Source: Octopus vulgaris (taxonomy: Eukaryota). From it: a stretch of 64,000 nucleotides of DNA. Below are positions 28,501 to 40,410 of the stretch, piece by piece. Where the stretch lies: positions 8,494,001 to 8,558,000 of the forward strand of contig OX597824.1 of the NCBI GenBank assembly GCA_951406725.2. Reading direction: 5' to 3'. The first letter of the stretch is position 1, and every line of letters starts with the position of its first letter. The notes beneath the pieces are model-generated. The model did not search any database, was not told the origin of the DNA, and saw only the letters and a program-made list of their open reading frames with translations. The position numbers and the translations under genes are program-made.

Positions 28501-31500
28501 ATTCCAGAGAGGGGGATTTGAAGGTGAAGGGGAGGGGGAGGAAGGAATATTGAACATTCCAGAGAGGGGGATTTGAAGGTGAAGGGGAGGAACGGGAGGA
28601 AGGAATATTGAACATTCCAGAGAGGGGGATTTGAAGGTGAAGGGGAGGAACGGGAGGAAGGAATATTGAACAGTCCAGAGAGGGGGATTTGAAGGTGAAG
28701 TCGAGAACCGGGAAGAAGGAATGTTGGACATTCCAGAGAGGGGGATGTGAAGGTGAAGGGGAGACCCGGGTCGAAGGATTATTGAACATTCCAGAGAGGA
28801 GGATTTGAAGGTGAAGGGGAGAACCGGGAGGAAGGATTATTGAACATTCCAGAGAGGGGGATTTGAAGGTGATGGGGAGAACCGGGAGGAAGGATTATTG
28901 AACATTCCAGAGAGGGGGATTTGAAGGTGAAGGGAAGAAACGGGAGGAAGGAATATTGAACATTCCAGAGAGAGGCATTTGAAGGTGAAGGGGCGGAACG
29001 GGAAGAAGGAATGTTGGACATTCCAGAGAGGGGGATTTGAAGGTGAAGGGAAGGAACGTGCGAATGGAATATTGAACATTCCAGAGAGGTGGATATGAAG
29101 GTGAAGGGGAGAACCGGGAGGAAGGAATGTTGAACATTCCAGAGAGGGGGATTTGAAGGTGATTGGAAGGAACGGGAGGAAGGAATATTGACCATTCCAG
29201 AGAGGGGCATTTGAAGTTGATGGGGAGGAATGGGAAGAACGTATGTTGGACATTCCAGAGAGGGGGATATGAAGGTGAAAGGGAGAACCGGGAGGAAGGA
29301 ATGTTGGACAGTCCAGAGAGGGGGATTTGAAGGCGAAGGGACGGAACGGGAGGAAGGAATATTGAACATTCCAGAGAGGGGGATATGAAGGTGAAGGGGA
29401 GAACCGGGAGCAAGGAATATTGAACATTCCAGAGGGGGGGATTTGAAGGTGAAGGGTAGGAACGGGACCAAGGAATGTTGAACATTCCAGAGAGGGGGAT
29501 TTGAAGGTGAAGCGAAGGAAGGTGCGGAAGGAATATTGAACATTCCAGAGAGAGGGATTTGAAGGTGATGGGGAGGAAGTGGAGGAAGGTATATTGAACA
29601 TTCCAGAGAGGGAGATTTGAAGGTGATGCGAAGGAAGGTGCCGAAGGTATATTGAACATTCCAGGGAGGGGGATTCGAAGGTGATGGGGAGGAAGGTGCG
29701 AAAGGAATATTGAACATTCCAGAGAAGGGGATTTGAAAGGTGATGGGGAGGAAGGGGAGGAAGGAATATTGAACATTCCAGAGAAGGGGATTTGAAGGTG
29801 AAGCGAAGGAAGCTGCGGATGGTATATTGAACATTCCAGAGAGGGGGATTTGAAGGTGAAGGGGAGGAACGGGAACATGGAATATTGAACAATGCAGAGA
29901 GGGGGATTTGAAGGTTAAGGGGAGGAACGGGAGCAAGGAATGTTGAACATTCCAAAGAGGGGGATTTGAAGTTGAAGGGGAGAACCGGGAGGAAGGAATG
30001 TTGAACATTCCAGAGAGGGGGATTTCAAGGTGAAGTGGAGGAAGGGGCGGAGGGAATATTGAACATTCCTGAGAGGTGGATTTGAAGGTGAAGGTGAGGA
30101 ACGGGAGCAAGGAATGTTGAACATTCCAGAGAGGGGGATTTGAAGGTGAAGTGGAGAAAGGGGCGGTAGGAATATTGAACATTCCAGAGATGGGGATTTG
30201 AAGGTGAAGGGGAGAAACGAGAGCAAGGAATGTTGAACATTCCAGAGTGGGGGATTTGCTGGTGAACTGGAAGAAGGGGCGGAAGGAATATTGAACATTC
30301 CAGAGATTGGGGATTTGAAGGTGAATTGGAGTAAGGGGCGGAAGGAATATTGAACATTCCAGAGTGGGGGATTTGAAGGTGAAGTGGAGAAAGGGGCGGA
30401 AGGAATGTTGAACATTCCAGAGTGGGGGATTTGAAGTTGAAGTGGAGGAAGGGGCGGAAGGAATATTGAACATTCCAGAGAGGGGGATTTGAAGGTGAAG
30501 GGTAGGAACGGGAGCAAGGAATGTTGAACATTCCAAAGATAGGGCCTTGATGGTGAAGGGGAAAACTGGGAAGAAGGAATATGGAACATTTCAGAGAGGG
30601 GGATTTGAAGGTGAAGGGGAGAACCGGGAGGAATTATTGTTGGTTCCAGAAGGGACGGAACGGGAGGAAGGAATATTGAGCATTCCAGAGAGGAGGATTT
30701 GAAGGTGAAGTCGAGAACCGGGAAGAAGGAATGTTGAACATTCCAGAGATGGTGAATGGGAGAACCGGGAGGATGGATTATTGAACATTCCAGAGAGGGG
30801 GATTTGAAGGTGAAATGAGGGACGGGAGCAAGGAATGTTGAACATTCCAGAGAGGGGCATTCGAAGGTGAAGGGGAGGAACGGGAAGAAGGAATGTTGGA
30901 CATTCCAGAGAGGGGGATTTGAAGGTGAAGGGGAGGAACGGGAGGAAGGAATATTGAACATTCCAGAGAGGGGGATTTGAAGGTGAAGGGGAGGAACGGG
31001 AGGAAGGAATATTGAACATTCAAGAGAGGGGGATTTGAAGGTGAAGGGGAGGAACGGGAGGAAGGAATGTTGGACATTCCAGAGAGGGGTTTTGAAGGTG
31101 AAGGGAAGGAACGGGAGGAAGGAATATTGAACACTCCAGAGAGGGGGATATGAAGGTGAAGGGGAGAACCGGGAGGAAGGAATGTTGAACATTCCAGAGA
31201 GGGGGATTTGAAGGTGAAGGGAAGGAACGGGAGGAAGGAATATTGAACATTCCAGAGAGGGGGATATGAGGGTAAAGGAAAGAAACGGGAGGAAGGATTA
31301 TTAAACATTCCAGAGTGGGGGATTTGAAGGTGAAGGGAGGAACGGGAGGAAGGAATATTGAACATTCCAGAGAGGGGGATTTGAAGGTGAAGGGGAGGAA
31401 CGGGAGGAAGGAATATTGAACATTCCAGAGAGGGGGATTTGAAGGTGAAGTCGAGGAACGGGAAGAAGGAATGTTGGACATTCCAGAGAGGGGGATTTGA

Positions 31501-34500
31501 AGGTGAAGGGGAGAACCGGGAGGAAGAATTATTGAACATTCCAGAGAGGAGGATTTGAAGGTGAAGGGGAGAACCGGGAGGAAGGATTATTGAACATTCC
31601 AGAGAGGGGGATTTGAAGGTGAAGGGAAGGAACGCGAAGAAGGAATATTGAACATTCCAGAGAGGGGCATTTGAAGGTGAATGGGCGGAACGGGAAGAAG
31701 GAATGTTGGACATTCCAGAGAGGGGGATTTGAAGGTGAAGGGAAGGAACGGGCGAAAGGAATATTGAACATTCCAGAGAGGGGGATATGAAGGTGAAGGG
31801 GAGAACCGGGAAGAAGGAATGTTGAACATTCCAGAGAGGGGGATTTGGAGGTGAAGGGAAGGAACGGGAGGAAGGAATATTGAACCTTCCAGAGAGGGGG
31901 ATTTGAAGGTGAAGGGGAGAACCGGAAGGAAGGAATGTTGGACATTCCAGAGAGGGGGATTTGAAGGTGAAGGGGAGGAACGGGAGGAAGGAATATTGAA
32001 CATTCCAGAGAGGGGGATATGAAGGTGAAGGGGAGAACCGGGAGGAAGGAATGTTGAACATTCCAGAGAGGGGGATTTGAAGGTGAAGTCGAGAACCGGG
32101 AAGAAGGAATGTTGGACATTCCAGAGAGGGGGATTTGAAGGTGAAGGGGAGACCCGGGTCGAAGGATTATTGAACATTCCAGAGAGGAGGATTTGAAGGT
32201 GAAGGGGAGGAACGGGAGGAAGGATTATTGAACATTCCAGAGAGGGGTATTTGAAGGTGATGGGGAGAACCGGGAGGAAGGAATATTGAACATTCCAGAG
32301 AGGGGGATTTGAAGGTGAAGGGAAGAAACGGGAGGAAGGAATATTGAACATTCCAGAGAGAGGCATTTGAAGGTGAAGGGGCGGAACGGGAAGAAGGAAT
32401 GTTGGACATTCCAGAGAGGGGGATTTGAAGGTGAAGGGAAGGAACGTGCGAATGGAATATTGAACATTCCAGAGAGGTGGATATGAAGGTGAAGGGGAGA
32501 ACCGGAAGGAAGGAATGTTGAACATTCCAGAGAGGGGGATTTGAAGGTGATGGGAAGGAACGGGAGGAAGGAATATTGACCATTCCAGAGAGGGGCATTT
32601 GAAGTTGATGGGGAGGAATGGGAAGAACGTATGTTGGACATTCCAGAGAGGGGGATATGAAGGTGAAGAGAGAACCGGGAGGAAGGAATGTTGGACAGTC
32701 CAGAGAGGGGGATTTGAAGGCGAAGGGACGGAACGGGAGGAAGGAATATTGAACATTCCAGAGAGGGGGATATGAAGGTGAAGGGGAGAACCGGGAGCAA
32801 GGAATATTGAACATTCCAGAGGGGGGATTTGAAGGTGAAGGGTAGGAACGGGAGCAAGGAATGTTGAACATTCCAGAGAGGGGGATTTGAAGGTGAAGCG
32901 AAGGAAGGTGCGGAAGGAATATTGAACATTTCAGAGAGAGGGATTTGAAGGTGATGGGGAGGAAGTGGAGGAAGGTATATTGAACATTCCAGAGAGGGAG
33001 ATTTGAAGGTGATGCGAAGGAAGGTGCCGAAGGTATATTGAACATTCCAGGGAGGGGATTCGAAGGTGATGGGGAGGAAGGTGCGAAAGGAATATTGAAC
33101 ATTCCAGAGAAGGGGATTTGAAAGGTGATGGGGAGGAAGGGGAGGAAGGAATATTGAACATTCCAGAGAAGGGGATTTGAAGGTGAAGCGAAGGAAGCTG
33201 CGGATGGTATATTGAACATTCCAGAGAGGGGATTTGAAGGTGAAGGGGAGGAACGGGAACATGGAATATTGAACAATGCAGAGAGGGGGATTTGAAGGTT
33301 AAGGGGAGGAACGGGAGCAAGGATTGTTGAACATTCCAAAGAGGGGCATTTGAAGTTGAAGGGGAGAACCGGGAGGAAGGAATGTTGAACATTCCAGAGA
33401 GGGGGATTTCAAGGTGAAGTGGAGGAAGGGGCGGAGGGAATATTGAACATTCCTGAGAGGTGGATTTGAAGGTGAAGGTGAGGAACGGGAGCAAGGAATG
33501 TTGAACATTCCAGAGAGGGGGATTTGAAGGTGAAGTGGAGAAGGGGCGGTAGGAATATTGAACATTCCAGAGATGGGGATTTGAAGGTGAAGGGGAGAAA
33601 CGAGAGCAAGGAATGTTGAACATTCCAGAGTGGGGGATTTGCTGGTGAACTGGAAGAAGGGGCGGAAGGAATATTGAACATTCCAGAGATTGGGGATTTG
33701 AAGGTGAATTGGAGTAAGGGGCGGAAGGAATATTGAACATTCCAGAGTGGGGGATTTGAAGGTGAAGTGGAGAAAGGGGCGGAAGGAATGTTGAACATTC
33801 CAGAGTGGGGGATTTGAAGTTGAAGTGGAGGAAGGGGCGGAAGGAATATTGAACATTCCAGAGAGGGGGATTTGAAGGTGAAGGGTAGGAACGGGAGCAA
33901 GGAATGTTGAACATTCCAAAGAGAGGGCCTTGAAGGTGAAGGGGAAAACTGGGAAGAAGGAATATTGAACATTTCAGAGTGGGGGATTTGAAGGTGAAGG
34001 GGAGAACCGGGAGGAATTATTGTTGGACATTCCAGAGAGGGGGATTTGAAGGTGAAGGGACGGAACGGGAGGAAGGAATATTGAGCATTCCAGAGAGGAG
34101 GATTTGAAGGTGAAGTCGAGAACCGGGAAGAAGGAATGTTGTACATTCCAGAGATGGTGAATGGGAGAACCGGGAGGATGGATTATTGAACATTCCAGAG
34201 AGGGGGATTTGAAGGTGAAAATGAGGGACGGGAGCAAGGAATGTTGAACATTCCAGAGAGGGGCATTCGAAGGTGAAGGGGAGGAACGGGAAGAAGGAAT
34301 GTTGGACATTCCAGAGAGGGGGATTTGAAGGTGAAGGGGAGGAACGGGAGGAAGGAATATTGAACATTCCAGAGAGGGGGATTTGAAGGTGAAGGGGAGG
34401 AACGGGAGGAAGGAATATTGAACATTCCAGAGAGGGGCATTTGAAGGTGAAGGGGAGGAATGGGAAGAAGGTATGTTGGACATTCCAGAGAGGGGGATTT

Positions 34501-37500
34501 GAAGGTGAAGGGAAGGAACGGGAGGAAGGAATATTGAACACTCCAGAGAGGGGGATATGAAGGTGAAGGGGAGAACTGGAGGAAGGAATGTTGAACATTC
34601 CAGAGAGGGGGATTTGAAGGTGAAGGGAAGGAACGGGAGGAAGGAATATTGAACATTCCAGAGAGGGGGATATGAAGGTAAAGGAAAGAAACGGGAGGAA
34701 GGAATATTGAACATTCCAGAGAGGGGGATTTGAAGGTGAAGGGGAGGAACGGGAGGAAGGAATATTGAACATTCCAGAGAGGGGGATTTGAAGGTGAAGT
34801 GAAGGAACGGGAGGAAGGAATATTGAACATTCCAGAGAGGGGGATTTGAAGGTGAAGTCGAGAACCGGGAAGAAGGAATGTTGGACATTCCAGAGAGGGG
34901 GATTTGAAGGTGAAGGGGAGAACCGGGAGGAAGGAATATTGAACATTCCAGAGAGGAGGATTTGAAGGTGAAGGGGAGAACCGGGAGGAAGGATTATTGA
35001 ACATTCCAGAGAGGGGAATTTGAAGGTGAAGGGAAGGAACGCGAAGAAGGAATATTGAACATTCCAGAGAGGGGCATTTGAAGGTGAAGGGGCGGAACGG
35101 GAAGAAGGAATGTTGGACATTCCAGAGAGGGGGATTTGAAGGTGATGCGGAGAACCGGGAGGAAGGATTATTGAACATTCCAGAGAGGGGGATTTGAAGG
35201 TGAAGGGAAGGAACGCGAGGAAGGAATATTGAACATTCCAGAGAGGGGCATTTGAAGGTGAAGGGGCGGAACGGGAAGAAGGAATGTTGGACATTCCAGA
35301 GAGGGGGATTTGAAGGTGATGGGAAGGAACGGGCGAAAGGAATATTGAACATTCCAGAGAGGGGGATATGAAGGTGAAGGAGAGACTGGGAAGAAGGAAT
35401 GTTGAACATTCCAGAGAGGGGGATTTGGAGGTGAAGGGAAGGAACGGGAGGAAGGAATATTGAACCTTCCAGAGAGGGGGATTTGAAGGTGAAGGGGAGA
35501 ACTGGAAGGAAGGAATGTTGGACATTCCAGAGAGGGGGATTTGAAGGTGAAGGGGAGGAACGGGAGGAAGGAATATTGAACATTCCAGAGAGGGGGATAT
35601 GAAGGTGAAGGGGAGAACCGGGAGGAAGGAATGTTGAACATTCCAGAGAGGGGGATTTGAAGGTGAAGGGACGGAGCGGGAGGAAGGAATATTGAACATT
35701 CCAGAGAGGGGGATATGAAGGTGAAGGGGAGAACCGGGAGCAAGGAATATTGAACATTCCAGAGGGGGGATTTGAAGGTGAAGGGTAGGAACGGGAGCAA
35801 GGAATGTTGAACGTTCCAGAGAGGGGGATTTGAAGGTGAAGCGAAGGAAGGTGCGGAAGGAATATTGAACATTCCAGAGAGAGGGATTTGAAGGTAATGG
35901 GGAGGAAGGGGAGGAAGGTATATTGAACATTCCAGAGAGGGAGATTTGAAGGTGATGCGAAGGAAGGTGCCGAAGGTATATTGAACATTCCAAGGAGGGG
36001 GATTCGAAGGTGAAGCGAAGGAAGCTGCGCAAGGTATATTGAACATTCCAGAGAGGGGGATTTGAAGGTGAAGTGGAGGAACGGGAATATGGAATATTGA
36101 ACAATCCAGAGAGGGGGATTTGAAGGTTAAGGGGAGGAACGGGAGCAAGGAATGTTGAACATTCCAAAGAGGGGGATTTGAAGTTGAAGGGGAGAACCGG
36201 GAGGAAGGAATGTTGAACATTCCAGAGAGGGGGATTTCAAGGTGAAGTGGAGGAAGGGGCGGAAGGAATATTGAACATTCCTGAGAGGGGGATTTGAAGG
36301 TGAAGGGGAGGAACGGGAGGAAGGAATATTGAACATTCCAGAGAGGGGGATTTGAAGGTGAAGTGGAGAAAGGGGCGGTAGGAATATTGAACATTCCAGA
36401 GATGGGGATTTGAAGGTGAAGGGGAGAAACGAGAGCAAGGAATGTTGAACATTCCAGAGTGGGGGATTTGATGGTGAACTGCAAGAAGGGGCGGAAGGAA
36501 TATTGAACATTCCAGAGATTGGGGATTTGAAGGTGAATTGGTGGAAGGGGCGGAAGGAATATTGAACATTATAGAGATGGGGGATTTGAAGGTGAATTGG
36601 AGGAAGGGGCGGAAGGAATGTTGAACATTCCAGAGTGGGGGATTTGAAGGTGAAGGGTAGGAACGGGAGCAAGGAATGTTGAACATTCCAGAGTGGGGGA
36701 TTTGATGGTGAAGTGGAGAAAGGGGCGGAAGGAATATTGAACATTCCAGAGATGGGGATTTGAAGGTGAAGGTGAGGAACGAGTGCAAGGAATGTTGAAC
36801 ATTCCAGAGCGGGGGATTTGAAGGTGAAGTGGAGAAAGGGGTGGAAGGAATGTTGAACATTCCAGAGAGGGGGATTTGAAGGTGAAGTGGAGGAAGGGGC
36901 GGAAGGAATATTGAACATTCCAGAGAGGGGGATTTGAATGTGAAGGGTAGGAACGGGAGCAAGGAATGTTGAACATTCCAAAGAGGGGGAATTGAAGGTG
37001 AAGGGGAAAACAGGGAAGAAGGAATATTGAACATTCCAGAGAGGCGGATTTGAAGATGAAGGGGAGAACCGGGAGTAAGGAATGTTGAACATTCCAGAGA
37101 GAGTGATTTGAAGGTGATGGGGAGGAAGGGGAGGAAGGTATATTGAACATTCCAGAGAGGGGGATTTGAAGGTGAAGCGGAGGAAACTGAAGAAGGTATA
37201 TTGAACATTTCAGAGAGGGGGCTTTGAAGGTGAAGCGAAAGAAGGTGCCGAAGGTATATTGAACATTCCAGGGAGGGGGATTCGAAGGTGATGGGGAGGA
37301 AGGTGCGGAAGGAATATTGAACATTCCAGAGACGGGGATTTTAAGGTGATGGGGATGAAGGTGAGGAAGGAATATTGAACATTCCAGAGAAGAGGATTTG
37401 AAGGTGAAGCGAAGGAAGCTGCGGAAGGTATATTGAACATTCCAGAGAGGGGGATTTGAAGGTGAAGGGGAGGAAAGGGAGGAAGGAATATTGAACATTC

Positions 37501-40038
37501 CAGAGAGGGGGATTTGAAGGTGAAGGTGGAGGAACGGGAGGATGGAATATTGAACATTCCAGAGAGGGGGATTTGAAGGTGAAGGGGAGGAACGGGAGCA
37601 AGGAATGTTGAACATTCCAAAGAGGGGGATTTGAAGTTGAACGGGAGAACCGGGAGGAAGGAATGTTGAACATTCCAGAGAGGGGGATTTCAAGGTGAAG
37701 TGGAGGAAGGGGCGTAGGGAATATTGAACATTCCTGAGAGGTGGATTTGAAGGTGAAGGTGAGGAACGGGAGCAAGGAATGTTGAACATTCCAGAGAGGG
37801 GGATTTGAAGGTGAAGTGGAGAAAGGGGCGGTAGGAATATTGAACATTCCAGAGAGGGGTATATGAAGGTGAAGGGGAGGAACGAGAGCAAGGAATGTTG
37901 AACATTCCAGAGAGGGGGATTTGAAGGTGAAGTGGCGGAAGGGGCGGAAGGAATGTTGAACATTCCAGAGTGGGGGATTTGAAGGTGAAGTGGAGAAAGG
38001 GGCGGAAGGAATGTTGAACATTCCAGAGTGGGGGATTTGAAGGTGAAGTGGAGGAAGGGGCGGAAGGAATATTGAACATTCCAGAGAGGGGGATTTGAAG
38101 GACAAGGGTAGTAACGGGAGGAAGGAATGTTGAACATTCCAAAGAGGGGGATTTGAAGGTGAAGGGGAAAACCGGGAAGAAGGAATATTGAACATTCCAG
38201 AGAGGGGGATTTGAAGGTGAAGGGGCGAACCGGGAGGAAGGAATGTTGGACATTCCAGAGAGGGGGATTTGAAGGTGAAGGGGAGAACCGGGAGGAAGGA
38301 ATGTTGAACATTCCAAAGAGGGGGATTTGAAGGTGAAGGGGAGAACCGGGAAGAAGGAATATTGAACATTCCAGAGAGGGGGATTTGAAGGTGAAGTGAA
38401 GCAATGTGCCGAAGGAATATTGAACATTCTAGGGAGGGGGATTTGAAGGTGAAGGGGAGGAACGGGAGGAAGGAATATTGAACATTCCAGAGAGGGGGAT
38501 TTGAAGGTGAAGTGGAGAAAGTGGCGGAAGGAATAGTGAACATTCCAGAGAGGGGGATTTGAAGGTGAAGGGGAGGAACGGGAGGAAGGAATATTGAACA
38601 TTCCAGAGAGGGGGATTTGAAGGTGAAGGGGAGGAACGGGAGGAAGGAATGTTGAAAATTCCAGAGAGGGGGATTTGAAGGTGAAGTGGAGGAAGGTTCG
38701 AAAGGAATATTGAACATTCCAGAGAGGGTGATTTGAAGGTGAAGGGGAGGAACGGGAGGAAGGAATATTGAACATTCCAGAGAGGGGGATTTGAAGGTGA
38801 AGGGGAGGAAAGCGAGGAAGGTATATTGAACATTCCGGAGAGGGGGATTTGAAGGTGAAGCGAAGGAAGGTGCTGAAGGAGTATTGAAATTTCCAGAGAG
38901 GGGGATTTGAAGGTGATGGGGAGGAAGGGGAGGAAGTTATATTGAACATTCTAGAGAGGGGGATTTGAAGGTGAAGGGGAGGAACGGGAAGAAGGAATAT
39001 TGAACATTCCAGAGAGGGGGATTTGAAGGTGAAGACGAGGAACGGAACAAGGTATGTTTAACATTCCAGAGAGGGGGATTTGAAGGTGAAGATGAGGAAC
39101 GGAACAAGGAATGTTGAACATTCCAGAGAGGGGGATTTGAAGGTGAAGTGAAGGAAGGTGCGGAAGGAATATTGAACTTTCCAGAGAGGTGAAGGGGAGG
39201 AAGGGAAGGAAGGTATGTTGAACATTCCAGAGAGGGGGATTTGAGAGGTGAAAGTGAGGAAGGGGAGGAAGGAATGTTTAACATTCCAGAGAGGGGTATT
39301 TGAGAGGTGAAGGGGTGGAAGTTGAGGTAGGAATGTTGAACGTTCCAGTGAGATGGATTTGAGAGGTGAAGGGGAGGAAGGGGAGGAAGGAATGTTGAGT
39401 ATTTCAGAGTGGGGGATTTGTAATGTGAAGGGGAGGAAGGGGAGGAACGAATGCTGAACATTCTAGAGAGGCGGATGTGAGAGGCGAAGGTGTGGAAGGG
39501 GAGGGAGTAATATAGAACAATTTAGAGAGGGGGATTTGAAAGGTCAAGGGAAGGAAGGGGAGGAATCAGAGGGATTAACGTTGAACATTCTATAGAAGTG
39601 GATTTGAGAGGGGAAGTCGAGGAATTGAATGGTGGAATGCTGCATATACTAGAGAGGGTAAGGTGAAGGGGAAGGGGAGGAAGGGGAGTGAAGAATGTTA
39701 ATCATTTCAGAGATGTGTGTTTCAGAGGTTAAGGGGAGGAAGGGGATGAAGGAATTTTGAACATTTCAGAGAGGGGGATTTGAGAAGAGAAGGTGAGGAG
39801 GGGGAGGGAGGAATATTGAACATTCCAAAGAGGGTTTTCTGCGAGGTGAATGGGAGGATAGGGAGGAAGGAATGTTGAACATTCTAGAGATGGGGATTTG
39901 TGACGGAAGGGTAAGGTCTATTTGAGAAAGGTAAGTTGAGGAAGTAATCTCGACCATTCCATAGATGGTTGTTTGAGATGAGTATTGTAGGATAGGTTGG
40001 AAGGGGGCAATGGAAGGAAGGGGTGGAATTGGTGGAAT
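4590..40038 (+). repeat. Satellite DNA array, 58-bp monomer, about 600 copies
   Basis: Consensus gaacattccagagagggggatttgaaggtgaaggggaggaaggggaggaaggaatgtt (58 bp) repeated head-to-tail; 49-bp and 67-bp variants lose or gain one ggggaggaa subunit. Confidence 0.98.
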
Positions 40039-40245
40039 GAAATCCCCCTCTTCTGGAATGTTCAACATTCCTTCCTCTGCTTCCTACCCTTCACTTCTCA
40101 AATCCCCCTCTGGGGAATGTTCAACATTCCTTCCCCACCTTCAATTCTCAAATCTTTCTCTCTGGAATATTGAACATTCCTTCCTCTCCTTCCTCCCCTC
40201 CACCTTTCAAATACCCCTCTCTAGAATGTTCAACATTCCTCCCCC
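40039..40245 (-). repeat. About 3.5 diverged satellite monomers in inverted orientation
   Basis: aaatccccctcttctggaatgttcaacattccttcctc... is the reverse complement of the array consensus. Confidence 0.93.
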
Positions 40246-40410
40246 ATATTCTCGCTATTTTATTATAAGTGCGACTTGAATTTCTTCCATATTCTAACTG
40301 CTAAAATATTAAAAAAATTTACATTAATTTATCCTAACATTTGAAATTCCATATATTTTCTTGTCCAGCTGAAGATAGTATTGCATTTGAATTGATATAA
40401 TGACAGCATT

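Noticed and set aside
24500-39000. CENP-B box in ggaacggga / tcgagaaccggg variants
   Set aside because: Only the A..CGGG half is present; the TTCG half and the required spacing are missing.
4083-39461. Giant minus-strand ORFs (up to 4470 aa) as real protein-coding genes
   Set aside because: All three frames are open and overlapping, the monomer is not a multiple of 3, indels are frequent and there is no non-repetitive domain; fully explained by the stop-free satellite.
4590-40038. CRISPR array (palindromic constant repeat plus variable spacer)
   Set aside because: The variable 18-bp segments are mutated versions of one G/A-rich sequence and recur many times rather than being unique; the context is eukaryotic and there are no cas genes.
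40350-40385. Splice acceptor-like ttttcttgtccag suggesting a host exon
   Set aside because: No supporting ORF or partner exons anywhere in the window.
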